Of a stretch of 64,000 nt of DNA, positions 22,656 to 32,638 are shown piece by piece; within the stretch, counting starts at the first letter, position 1; each line of letters opens with the position of its first letter. This DNA is from Candidatus Poribacteria bacterium (GTDB taxonomy: Bacteria > Poribacteria > WGA-4E > PCPOR2b). The translations under genes and the position numbers were made by a program. Location: the NCBI GenBank assembly GCA_965218095.1, contig OZ244587.1, forward strand, positions 1,984,001 to 2,048,000, given 5' to 3'. The notes beneath the pieces were generated by a model, which was not told the DNA's origin, made no database searches, and worked only from the letters and a program-made list of their open reading frames with translations.

Positions 22656-24182
22656 TCATTCAAATTCAATATTCAACTGCACCAACGTCACACCTAAAAC
22701 CTGATATAGTGCAACAATCGATTGACGATAGTCGATAATCGATCTCAAGCTATCCCGGCTCACATTTGCCAGAATTGCTTGAAATTGCAACAGATCAAGG
22801 CTTGTAGAAAGTCCTACCTCATATTTTTTATTTTCCGCGGCAAGCGTCTGTCTGGCGAAATCCTCAGCGACTTTCGTGGCCTCGATTCTTTTTCGATTTG
22901 TCTCAAGTTGCCTGACCGCCTCACGCACGTCGGTGATAATCTGCTGCTCTAAATTCTGCAAAGCCAGTAAGCCTTGTTCTTTTTCAAGCTGGCTTCTTTT
23001 CAACTCACCCTTCGCTGCTCGGTCACCGAGCGGCACACGCAGAAACAGACCGACGCGCCACGAGTCGTGTTCGATTTTTCTGACCTGAGACAGTGCATCG
23101 TCCAATTGCCCGTCCAAGCCATTAAAAGCAAGGCTTCCCTCTAAGTCCAGTCGGGGCAATCGTTGATTCTTAGCGAATTTGATGGCAATGTTACTGTTCT
23201 CCAAATCGATTGTGGCTTGAGCGTACTCTGGGCGATTTTGCAACGCGGCAGCGACGCTTTCACCCAAATCCACATTCACTGTTTCAAAGGGAGGCAGGTC
23301 AACCGGCAGGATTGAGACTCCCCAGAGGGCTTCGTCCTGAATCATATTGGTGATACGCTTGAGTCTATCTTCGACGTCCTTGATTGTGTCTTGGGCGGCG
23401 ATGACATCCGCCTCTCGGGAGGCAACGGCGGCTTGTGCCTGTAAAACATCACTCACGGTCGCCTTGCCGACCTCTCTCCGCCGCCGGTTGACTGTGAGCA
23501 GATCTCGCGCCTGCTTTAAGGTAAGCTGTTGGGCGTTGAGATTTTCTCGTGCAAACACCAGCTCCCAATAGGTTTTTTGGACCTGAGACAATGTGTCAAT
23601 GAGTTGGGCCTTGAGTTGCAATAGGGAAATGTCCTTGTTATTTCTTGCAATCGCAATCGAGGCGTTGTTAACCGTGCCGAAACCTTCCAATAAAGGTTGC
23701 GTGACGTTTATGGTCAGATCGGAGCGGTAGGCCGGATTCACGGTTTGGCGGGTTGAATTACTTTCCGATCGGTTGCTGTTAAAGGTTAGCCCATAACTCC
23801 CGCCCATAAAAATGGGGTCATCAAAACCGAGGACGAATCCTTGGGCGTTGCTGGTACGGACATCTGCCCCTGAAATAAACGGCGTGAGGGATGGTTCTTC
23901 AGACCAGTCGGCGTCCGGTCCGAACGAGATGACGGGGTCAAATCGCCCCTTAGCTCGCGTTATAAGCGCGTCTTGAATTTGCGGACTGATGCGTTGGATA
24001 CGGATATTCAGGTTGGATTCTAAAGCGAGGGCGATGGACTGCTGAAGCGAAAGTCCGATCTGTTTTTCCGCTTCTTCAGCAGAAAAAGCACTTTGGCAAA
24101 GCACAACTAAAATCAGACAACAAAAAGAATAAAGCATTCGATACCTTGTGTCAATGTCGTCCACTGACCTTATACGAACCAT
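22656..24182 (-). CDS. TolC-family outer membrane efflux protein
   Basis: LSLQQSIALALESN, TQPLL, RPE, YEVGLST. Confidence 0.93.
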   Translation of the reverse strand: MVRIRSVDDIDTRYRMLYSFCCLILVVLCQSAFSAEEAEKQIGLSLQQSIALALESNLNIRIQRISPQIQDALITRAKGRFDPVISFGPDADWSEEPSLTPFISGADVRTSNAQGFVLGFDDPIFMGGSYGLTFNSNRSESNSTRQTVNPAYRSDLTINVTQPLLEGFGTVNNASIAIARNNKDISLLQLKAQLIDTLSQVQKTYWELVFARENLNAQQLTLKQARDLLTVNRRRREVGKATVSDVLQAQAAVASREADVIAAQDTIKDVEDRLKRITNMIQDEALWGVSILPVDLPPFETVNVDLGESVAAALQNRPEYAQATIDLENSNIAIKFAKNQRLPRLDLEGSLAFNGLDGQLDDALSQVRKIEHDSWRVGLFLRVPLGDRAAKGELKRSQLEKEQGLLALQNLEQQIITDVREAVRQLETNRKRIEATKVAEDFARQTLAAENKKYEVGLSTSLDLLQFQAILANVSRDSLRSIIDYRQSIVALYQVLGVTLVQLNIEFE

Positions 24183-24426
24183 TCTTCACCTCCTCCAAAT
24201 TCATCTTCAATTCACACCAGCAGGAAAACAGGCGCCCGATTGTCGATTGGCAGCGAATCGAAATGTCTCTTTGACGCATTTAGGTCGCCTCCGGTTGATC
24301 GCAAATCGCTTCCCGTCCAAACCGGGTTGGGTACAATCTTCGCAGATTTTCATTGCGGCATTGCACGGGCAAGGGGCATAGAGTGGGAGGCATGGCGCGA
24401 TACCCTTTTGCTCTTAGCTCGATCTG

Positions 24427-25641
24427 TTATTCACGCCGCAAGGCTTCAATTGGCGACAGCTTCGCCGCTTTCCACGCGGGATACGCCCCGAAGAAAACAC
24501 CCACCCATGCCGCAACGAAAAACGCCAATGCCGTGTACATCGGCGAAATAATCGTCCGCCACCCCCAGATCGATGGCACGACCTTCGACCCGAATACCCC
24601 AACGCCAATCCCAATGAGCCCACCAAGGACCGAAAGCGTCATCGATTCAATCAGAAACTGGATCAGGATGTCATGACGTTTGGCACCGACTGCCTTCCGC
24701 AAACCAATCTCCTTCGTGCGCTCCGTCACCGACACCAACATGATGTTCATTATCCCAATCCCGCCAACGATCAGCGACACGATTGCAATGCCCATAATCA
24801 TGTAGGTGAACGTCTGCCCCGATTCTTCCAGGGTCTCAAGGAACTCCGCTTGATTCCGCACGTTAAAATCTAGCTGCTTGTTAGCGGGGAGTTTGTGCTG
24901 TTTCCGCAAGAGATTCTCGATTTCGGATTCGGCCGGTTCCATCACCTCGCTACTCACCGCTTGGGCACTGATGCTTGAGAGGTAATCCCTGCCAAAAACC
25001 CGTTTCATCGCCGTTGACACCGGAATAAAGACTTGGTCATCGGGATTTCGCCAACCGGTGGCACCTTTCTCCTTCATCACGCCAAGCACCCGGAAGTTGA
25101 GTCCCCGAATCTTGACCGTCTTGCCAATCGGATCCCCCCTCTCGCCGAACAGCTCATCAACGACCGTCTTTCCCAACGTGCACACCCGACGCCGAGAACG
25201 CACATCGCTCTCCGTAAAAAAAGCACCTTTCTCAACAGGAAAGTTCGCTGTGATCTGATACTCCGGTGTTGTACCGACCACCGTAGTATTGTGGTTCTTG
25301 TTCCCGTGCTTGACCTGGGTACGCGAAGACGCTTCCGGCGAAACTAATAGGATATTCTTCGCCCGTTCCCTCAGTACCATTGCATCTTCATACTTTAGGC
25401 TCTGACGGTCCTGCCCCGAGCTCCGTCCACGAAAACGACTCTGTCCGGGACGGACGGCTAGGATGTTCGCACCGAGCGTCTGGATACGCTCGGTGATGTC
25501 GGCTTTTGCCCCTTCGCCGATTGAGGTTGTGGTCATAATTGCGCCGACGCCGATAATCACGCCAAGCATCGTCAGCGCCGATCGAAGTTTGTTCGCGAAT
25601 AAACTCTGTAGTGCGTTTGCTAAACTTTCGAGCGTTCCCAT
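24427..25641 (-). CDS. MacB-like ABC permease (no ATPase domain)
   Basis: RSALTMLGVIIGV, GGIGIMNIMLVSVTERTKEIG, PIEALR.E. Confidence 0.95.
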   Translation of the reverse strand: MGTLESLANALQSLFANKLRSALTMLGVIIGVGAIMTTTSIGEGAKADITERIQTLGANILAVRPGQSRFRGRSSGQDRQSLKYEDAMVLRERAKNILLVSPEASSRTQVKHGNKNHNTTVVGTTPEYQITANFPVEKGAFFTESDVRSRRRVCTLGKTVVDELFGERGDPIGKTVKIRGLNFRVLGVMKEKGATGWRNPDDQVFIPVSTAMKRVFGRDYLSSISAQAVSSEVMEPAESEIENLLRKQHKLPANKQLDFNVRNQAEFLETLEESGQTFTYMIMGIAIVSLIVGGIGIMNIMLVSVTERTKEIGLRKAVGAKRHDILIQFLIESMTLSVLGGLIGIGVGVFGSKVVPSIWGWRTIISPMYTALAFFVAAWVGVFFGAYPAWKAAKLSPIEALRRE

Positions 25642-25662
25642 CTAAATAATTCCCTCCCTTGT

Positions 25663-27726
25663 TTATCGCCGGCCCCCTCTTCCGCCACTAGCGCTCCGCT
25701 GCATCCGTCGCATTGTAGAAGCCGGATTTCCCATCATACGTCTAAACCGCTCCATGTCCCCGCCGCCCCTGCGCTCGAAACTGCCTGTGGCGACGACCTG
25801 CCCTTCGTCTAGTCCAGAGATGACTTCTGTTCTATCGAAACTACTCACGCCGGTCTCAATAGGCTGTGGACGTCCCGGCTGACCATCTTCGCCGATGACA
25901 CGGACCATTTTTCGGCTCCCGAAAGACAGAATTGCCTCATTCGGGAGTACCAATATATCCTGCCTGCTCGCGGCGGAAATCTCAACCGTCGCATTCATTC
26001 CCGGCTTCAAGGACGGCGTATCCGTATCTTCCGACGGACTCTCCTCACGCACCCAATCTCCTGCCCCTTCATCACCGAAGAAGTTGTCCGCCATTGCCAT
26101 CCAGGGATCTGGCGCACTCGTGGTCTCAGCGTCCGCTGAATTTTCGTTGGAAATTTCAGTGTTCTCTGACGCTGCCGCTGCCGCTTCTTGTTGTCGCTGC
26201 CGACGCATCTGTCGAAAGCGTTCTCCCTGCTCTGGCGTGAATTCGCCCCTCCCCTCGCCTTGGCGAAAACCACCTCCTTCACCGCGACCCGAGAATCCAC
26301 CGCCTCTCCCCCAACGTCCACGTTCCCTTGAGCGAGTATTCTTAATCTCGATGATGACTTCAAACGTCGTTACGTTCTGAACCACCTGTCCTTGCGGCGC
26401 AATTCGGAGAACCTCACCCTCCAGCGGCTGGTCAGGATAGGCTTCGACGGTGATGGTCACCGGTTGACCGACCTTCACCTTGCCGATATCGGTTTCATCA
26501 ACCTCCGTTGCCACATAAACCTTTTTGAGGTCCGCCATCGTTACCAGCACCTGACCTTCGGACGAAACAGAGCCGCCCCGCCCCCCCCCGCCAAAGCTGG
26601 AGACGATCACTTGCCCTTCCTCCACCTTTCTTTCGAGGATCGTTCCGGAGATGGGGGCACGAATGACCGTATCGTCATAACTCTCCTGTGCGAGTTGGAA
26701 GGCACTCCTACTGCGCTTGAGTTGTGCGTTGGAACTTTCAAGGTCTTTTTCTTTTAGGTTAATCTGCTTTTTATTGGCAATCGCCAAATTCAAAGCGTCT
26801 TTGGCTTGTGTGACACGGTGCTCTTGAATCTTTATCTCCATGTTACGATACTTCTCTTTCTCAATCTGTTCTTTCGCCGCATCAACCGCGTACGTCGCCC
26901 TCTTAATCTCAGCCTGTGAGAGCTCTAACTCCTCTAGACTTGCCGGTTGTTTAACTAGCTCGGCTTGCTGCACAGCCGAGTCGTGTTGCGCTTTCGCCGA
27001 TTCGCGCTGCGTCGCGGCGGTATCGAGATCTGATTTTGAGATGAATTCTTTCTCGAAAAGTTTTTGTTTTCGATCATACTCCTTTTCGGCAAGTTCAAGG
27101 TTGGCTTTCGCCTGAGTCACACTTGCCTCTGCACGCTTCTTTTCCTCCTCCCGCACTGTATCAGCAGTCAGGAGATTGTATCTTAACTGCGCCATCTTGT
27201 GGCTATTTTCCGCATCGGATAACTGGCGTTTATTGGTTATTTTTTCTATTCGTATCTGTTCTTTGAGTTGTTCCAGCTGTTTTTCTGCCTCAGCCAATTT
27301 TTCTTCGGCTTGCTTAATCTGGATCGCGGTTTGCTCCTTCTGCAATTCGATATTAATCTTCGATTGCTCAAAGCGTGCTTCGGCGGCGCGCAGATCCGCG
27401 TCTGCCTGATCCAGGTCCGCTGAAACATAGGTGGTTTCAATACGCGCAATCACGGCGTCTTGTTCCACGTAATCCCCTTCTTCAACGGTGAGTTCTAAGA
27501 TCTTGCCGCTCGCTTTGGAACTCACTTCGACAATGTTAAGAGGTTGAATCGTCCCAGTGGCATCAATTGTCACTTCAATGTTGCCTCTCTCGACTGTAAC
27601 AGTCTTGATTTCAGCAGTATCTGCTTCATCTTTGGTTGTTTTGGCCAACCTATCGCGCAACAGCAAACCACCGGAGGCAAGAACCACGACGGCAATCCCT
27701 ATGAGAATGATCCATTTCTTCTTCAT
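25663..27726 (-). CDS. MacA-like periplasmic adaptor with extended hairpin and RG-rich insert
   Basis: ATGTIQP, IRAPISGT, VDETDIGKV, LKPGMNA. Confidence 0.9.
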   Translation of the reverse strand: MKKKWIILIGIAVVVLASGGLLLRDRLAKTTKDEADTAEIKTVTVERGNIEVTIDATGTIQPLNIVEVSSKASGKILELTVEEGDYVEQDAVIARIETTYVSADLDQADADLRAAEARFEQSKINIELQKEQTAIQIKQAEEKLAEAEKQLEQLKEQIRIEKITNKRQLSDAENSHKMAQLRYNLLTADTVREEEKKRAEASVTQAKANLELAEKEYDRKQKLFEKEFISKSDLDTAATQRESAKAQHDSAVQQAELVKQPASLEELELSQAEIKRATYAVDAAKEQIEKEKYRNMEIKIQEHRVTQAKDALNLAIANKKQINLKEKDLESSNAQLKRSRSAFQLAQESYDDTVIRAPISGTILERKVEEGQVIVSSFGGGGRGGSVSSEGQVLVTMADLKKVYVATEVDETDIGKVKVGQPVTITVEAYPDQPLEGEVLRIAPQGQVVQNVTTFEVIIEIKNTRSRERGRWGRGGGFSGRGEGGGFRQGEGRGEFTPEQGERFRQMRRQRQQEAAAAASENTEISNENSADAETTSAPDPWMAMADNFFGDEGAGDWVREESPSEDTDTPSLKPGMNATVEISAASRQDILVLPNEAILSFGSRKMVRVIGEDGQPGRPQPIETGVSSFDRTEVISGLDEGQVVATGSFERRGGGDMERFRRMMGNPASTMRRMQRSASGGRGGRR

Positions 27727-27813
27727 CAGTCCTCCTCTGCTTCGATGACCGGGAGAGAAAGAGACAAGGTAGGAATTTCTCTTGTTTCTTTCTCTCTTGT
27801 CCCATGTTACGGC

Positions 27814-28254
27814 TTAGCGGCGTCCGCCGCCACCTCGACGCATCATCTGTTGCATCCGTTCCATTTCGAGCTTGTCGAGTTGGGCAATCTGTTTTTCGGT
27901 CAAAACTGACTTCAAATCCGCCTTAAACGCATCGCGAGTCTCTGTCATGGTGCCACGTGCGGCTTGGAAATCCCCGGATTTACGTGCTGCTGTGATGGCT
28001 TTTTCGAGATTGTCACGATGTTTCTGATAAATCGGACGGGCGTCGATGAGTGTCTTATCATCAACCTTGACGGCAAACGTTAAATCTGTCCAAGAACTAT
28101 CAATAACCGAGGTCGGTGAAAACCCTCGTCCGCCACGTCTTTCGCGCATGTCGCCGCGGTCGGGTCGTTGGGCTTGGGTGACTTGGTTTGTCACAAAAAC
28201 GGTAACTGCCGCCATTGCGAAAATAGCAAGTAGAATGAACCATTTGCTTTTCAT
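27814..28254 (-). CDS. periplasmic helical protein, Spy/CpxP-like
   Basis: Signal peptide, VLTEKQ (LTxxQ) motif, RG-rich termini. Confidence 0.6.
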   Translation of the reverse strand: MKSKWFILLAIFAMAAVTVFVTNQVTQAQRPDRGDMRERRGGRGFSPTSVIDSSWTDLTFAVKVDDKTLIDARPIYQKHRDNLEKAITAARKSGDFQAARGTMTETRDAFKADLKSVLTEKQIAQLDKLEMERMQQMMRRGGGGRR

Positions 28255-28449
28255 GATAAAAATCTCCTTTTGAGTTAGATTTTTGGGAGCTCATAACCTG
28301 TTAAAGCACACATTTGTTCTTTAGACAGATGAGTTTGGATAAAGTTCGCGTTTTTTGGAAAAAATTTTGCGGCCGCGCTGAAAAGGGATTTTCCACGGCC
28401 TCGAAAACACATGATAATATTACCTTGATTTTGGTGTGCTCTGGAGGTG

Positions 28450-28540
28450 CCCCCCCGGCCCCCCAATGCTGGGGGGAGAATCGCAAAAACTCCCCCAGCC
28501 TGTCCCGATCCCATCGGGGAATTGGGGGCCGGGGAGGCGA
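28450..28540. repeat. pair of REP-like C/G-rich palindromes, one with a nested mini-palindrome
   Basis: CCCCCCAATGCTGGGGGG, and CTCCCCCAG[...CCCGATCCCATCGGG...]AATTGGGGG. Confidence 0.6.
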
Positions 28541-28562
28541 ATGTAACAAAGTCAAGATACAA

Positions 28563-29987
28563 TCAGGACACCGGAGGCTTGCGTTGTATCCATGGACTCG
28601 CGCGCTCAAAGGCAGCGGACGCAGCCAGGACCGTCGCCTCATCACCCTTTCTCCCCACGATGTGGAGACCAATGGGCAAACCATCGGCGGAGAAACCTGC
28701 GGGAATGGTGGCGGCGGGATGTCCGATCACATTTATCGGCAATGTAAACGCGCCGTTCCAGTACTGATCGGGGAAGGCTCTTTCAGGCGACCATTTGCCG
28801 GGAAATTGGCCATAGGGAAAGGCCGTGAAGCACGCCGTCGGGGAAAGCAGAAGGTCGTATTCTTCAAACAGATCTGTCATACGAGCTTTCAAGAGATCGA
28901 TTTGACCGAGCGCCCTAGCGTATTCGACTGCGGTCACCGTTGCACCTCGTTCAAGGAGAAACAGTGCCGCTTCGGTGAGTTGGTCTGCGTGAGTTTGCAG
29001 ATATGTACCGAGATTAGCGTATGAGTGCGTCGCTATAATGGCTCCGAAAGTATCATAGGGCGCGGCCATCACCAGATCTGATTCCTCAACACGGCAACTG
29101 AGTCCCTCGAACACCTGCGCCGCCGTGGACGTGACCTCCAGAACTTCGCGATCTACGTCCGCGAAGCCGAAATCCGGGCTCCAGGCAATGCGGGAACCGC
29201 TAATCTCCCTATCCAACGCAGCGACAAAGTCAGGTGGTATTTCCCGCAGCGATGTCGGGTCTCTACGGTCGGGTCCGGCCAGCGCTTGGAGCAGCAGTGC
29301 CGAGTCTCGCACTGTGCGGCTAAGGGGGCCATTTTGGGGGAACATGGAAGGCATCGGCGAATCTTCCTGGCCACTGTAGCCGGATACCCGACCCTGTGTG
29401 GGCTTGATAGCGTAGATTCCGCAGAAGTTAGCGGGTATACGGAGCGACCCTCCTCCATCGCTGCCTGTAGCCAGGGGACACAAGTAGGCAGCCACTGCCG
29501 CCGCCGCGCCGCCGCTGGATCCCCCCGGTGTATAATCGGTGTTCCAGGGATTACGTCCGAATTCGCCTAAGCGATTCTCGCAGGAACCAACCATGCCGAA
29601 CTCCGGAACGTTGGTTTTACCCAAGATGATGGCGCCAGCAGCCCGCACCCGCTCCACCACGGCGGCATCCCTTTCGGGTATCCGGTCCTTGAATACAAGC
29701 GAGCCCGAGGTTGTCCGGAGTCCCTTGGTCATTTGGGAGTCTTTAATCGGAATCGGTAAACCGTGCAGCGGCCCCAACTCGTCACCGCGAATGATTGCCT
29801 CCTCAGCAGACTTCGCTGTCTCCATCGCCTCGTCGTGATTCAAGAGCAGGAAAGAGTTCAACCGTGAATCCAGTCTATCGATGCGTCTAAAGTACAACTC
29901 GGTCAGTTCGACCGGGGAAATTTGCTTTGTTGAGATAAGCTCCAAGAGATCGGCCGCTGAATCGAAAGCCAACTCTTCGTCTATCAT
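28563..29987 (-). CDS. amidase (AS/GatA family)
   Basis: PIPIKD, GGSSGG, GSDGGGSLRIPA. Confidence 0.95.
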   Translation of the reverse strand: MIDEELAFDSAADLLELISTKQISPVELTELYFRRIDRLDSRLNSFLLLNHDEAMETAKSAEEAIIRGDELGPLHGLPIPIKDSQMTKGLRTTSGSLVFKDRIPERDAAVVERVRAAGAIILGKTNVPEFGMVGSCENRLGEFGRNPWNTDYTPGGSSGGAAAAVAAYLCPLATGSDGGGSLRIPANFCGIYAIKPTQGRVSGYSGQEDSPMPSMFPQNGPLSRTVRDSALLLQALAGPDRRDPTSLREIPPDFVAALDREISGSRIAWSPDFGFADVDREVLEVTSTAAQVFEGLSCRVEESDLVMAAPYDTFGAIIATHSYANLGTYLQTHADQLTEAALFLLERGATVTAVEYARALGQIDLLKARMTDLFEEYDLLLSPTACFTAFPYGQFPGKWSPERAFPDQYWNGAFTLPINVIGHPAATIPAGFSADGLPIGLHIVGRKGDEATVLAASAAFERASPWIQRKPPVS

Positions 29988-30158
29988 GATACCTACTCCT
30001 TAAAAGTTATGCAAAATCCGACTTCTGCTAGTTTTTTAGAAATGTCTTCAGAATGACAGCCTGACTTTTGAAATTTGCCATCCAGTTCTGACGTAATCTC
30101 AACAGGGACGTGGCATTGTAGTGTTAGGATCTACTCGATTTTGTTTTTAGCTGCCAAC

Positions 30159-30365
30159 TCAAGCTACCCGTTCTTTCAGTTTACTTGGATGAAGTGAAAG
30201 ATACTCTCTCAATTCAAGATTCATCCGATCGATTTCTGCAAGAAAGCCTCCCGCCGATAATTGATAATTCTGCGGATTCATTTCAACCTGTCGTAGTTTC
30301 TCAACTCGTTGCTAAAAGTACCTGATGCGTTGCTTGGCTACTTCGAATTCTTGATCATTGTGAAT
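30159..30365 (-). pseudogene. small helical protein relic fused to the end of the upstream gene
   Basis: IHNDQEFEVAKQRIRYF*QRVEKLRQ...GFLAEIDRMNLELREYL is one reading frame across TAG 30312-30314. Confidence 0.5.
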
Positions 30366-31601
30366 CCTCGGCCCGCCCGTCAATTCCTTGTCGTAGCTCG
30401 GCCGAAGCAGCTCCGTGAGAACGGCTCCGACAGAATCGGGATTTGCAACTGGCAATTCGCCCCGTTGCGCCTTCATCGCCCAGACCGGAGGGACGGAGTG
30501 CGGCGGCTGGGCGTGACCGCTGACATCGCTCGGTTTCTTGTAGCAGTAAAGCGAGCACCAGCGGGTCTTTTTGCCTGGGGCTTTGGGAGCCACTGCATGT
30601 GCGGCGTGCGACAGGCAGCAGACGACCGACCCCGGCGGCAGCGAGAGGTGTTCGATTTGAAGCGGCTCGGAAGTGACGGGATGCACCCGCCCCGCTAGCC
30701 AGCCCCGCCGCATCTCTTCGTCACTGGAGGCTCGGCACCCCGCTGGGTCGCGAAAAAGATGACTGCCCCGAATCAGCTTCAGACCCCCGTCGTCGCCGGC
30801 TGCGAAGCCTTGCGGGTAACAGAGCGTGAGGTTGGAATTCGGCTGCGCCTGGTACTCCGATAGGCTCGCGACACCGCAATTGTCCGCCCCGCCGCCGATT
30901 CTGTGACTGTGCCATGCGCCGCCAGGATAGCCCGCCGGCCGATTCAACAGTTGGTTGTGATCGAAATAGATCTCGTCGCTGCCGAGGCACATCCGTTGCA
31001 GTTGGAGCGTCTGCGGGTGCGTGAGGACGTTCATCAAGAACGGAACGTGCCCCGCCGGAAAATACTCCGCGAAAACACCGTGGCGCCGCAACGTCTTCAC
31101 GCCCGCCTCATCGTCTGACTGCGGTACCTTCTGGCTTCCTCCGAGCGCATTGTTGATCTCATCTGCGGTGAGAGATTTTGTTGGCGGCGTTCGTCCGAGG
31201 CCATACCAGTCGATCTGGGCCCAGTCCGACGTCAGCAGCGTGTCGTTGAGCTGCTGACCGTATTTCAGCGCCGCCATCCACGCCTCAACAGTTTTCGGCG
31301 TCATGACCCCTCTCAGGACAGCGTATCCATCCCTCATAAAGCCGGCATGGTCGAATTGTGCCGCGACCGCCGACATGTCGAATATATCCTCGCAATTCGC
31401 TTCCAACCGGTCCCAGTCATTACGAAACCACTGCACGGGGGAGTGTTCGTTCGCGAGGAAGTCTGGGCGAGTGGCTTGAGCAAGTTCGCTGGTTGGTCGC
31501 CGCAGAAGCCTGGCCAAGGTCGAGTCTGACACTTCGGGGGTGAGAAGCGGGTTCTGTGGCATTGCGGGAGCAGATTTAGGAGACGATGCACTTTCCTTCA
31601 T
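30312..31601 (-). CDS. PhyH-like Fe(II)/2OG dioxygenase
   Basis: F.RDGYAVL, WHSH, IRGSH, H..HAV. Confidence 0.75.
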   Translation of the reverse strand: MKESASSPKSAPAMPQNPLLTPEVSDSTLARLLRRPTSELAQATRPDFLANEHSPVQWFRNDWDRLEANCEDIFDMSAVAAQFDHAGFMRDGYAVLRGVMTPKTVEAWMAALKYGQQLNDTLLTSDWAQIDWYGLGRTPPTKSLTADEINNALGGSQKVPQSDDEAGVKTLRRHGVFAEYFPAGHVPFLMNVLTHPQTLQLQRMCLGSDEIYFDHNQLLNRPAGYPGGAWHSHRIGGGADNCGVASLSEYQAQPNSNLTLCYPQGFAAGDDGGLKLIRGSHLFRDPAGCRASSDEEMRRGWLAGRVHPVTSEPLQIEHLSLPPGSVVCCLSHAAHAVAPKAPGKKTRWCSLYCYKKPSDVSGHAQPPHSVPPVWAMKAQRGELPVANPDSVGAVLTELLRPSYDKELTGGPRIHNDQEFEVAKQRIRYF

Positions 31602-31924
31602 AGTAGAGCTATCTTCTCAAGAGTTAGTAGCTGTATTCCCTATTTCTGATAACAGCGTCGTATGCAAACTTTCGTTCAAGTCTAGCACTTCATGCGTAGG
31701 CTGTCAAGCAGAAAAAAAAACAGTTTATCTGTCATATCATCAACAATCGAGACTATTTTCGCATTGAGATCTTCAAAAATTGTCTTTCTGACTGGAGTCT
31801 AGCGATTTTTCTAAAACCCTTGTCACATCAGGAATCTCGACTTGTCCCTTTTCGATGCCTGATCCAGTAAAATCAAGAATTAAGCGATGCTCTCCATCAA
31901 TTTTCTCCGGAGTCCAGTAATCAG

Positions 31925-32609
31925 GTGTTAATCATCGCCGGTTCACTCGTCGATGCATCGGGGATTATCCTGACTCATATTATGTGCAAGGCCATGAACC
32001 GCTCATTGGTGAATGTGCTTTTCGGTGGATTTGGTGTGATTAATATGGATGTCGCAGAAGTAGATGACATCTACGAAGGCAAAGTCAGATCCACCTCGCC
32101 AGAGGAGGTTACGATACTGTTGAAAGTCGCTCGTCGCGTGGTTTTGTGTCGGAATATGGCATGGCGGTGGCGCAAGCGCAACACGCGGTGAGGGATTTAT
32201 TTTACCTGTTGGAGGAGCGAGGGATTGACGTTGCGTTTGCCATCCACCCTGTTGCGGGACGGATGCCCGGTCATATAAATGCCTTGCCTACGGAAGCAGA
32301 TATCCCGTATAATAAGTTGAAAGAGATGGATGAGATCAATCGTAACCTTGAACAAACGGATGTCTGCATCGGGATCGGTGCAAATGATGTGGTCAATCCC
32401 GTCGCACGCATCGATCCGAGCAGTCCCATCGCTGCCATGCCGATTATCAATGTGGATAAGTCGAAAACGGTTGTTGTGATAAACGCAGTTTGAGCCCCGG
32501 CTTTGCCGGAATCCCAAACCCGATTTTTGCCGCCCTTAACGCACTAATGTTGTTTGGGGATGGGGAGCAGATGGTTCAGGAGTTAATAAGCGTAATCAAG
32601 GAAGGCTGA
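31925..32609 (+). pseudogene. pntB: NAD(P) transhydrogenase beta subunit, 5'-truncated and frameshifted
   Basis: MCKAMNRS, YGMAVAQAQH, HPVAGRMPGH, GANDVVNP, LSPGFAG spread over three frames. Confidence 0.92.
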
Positions 32610-32638
32610 AAAAACAGGAAAGTAGGAGTGTTGAAATT

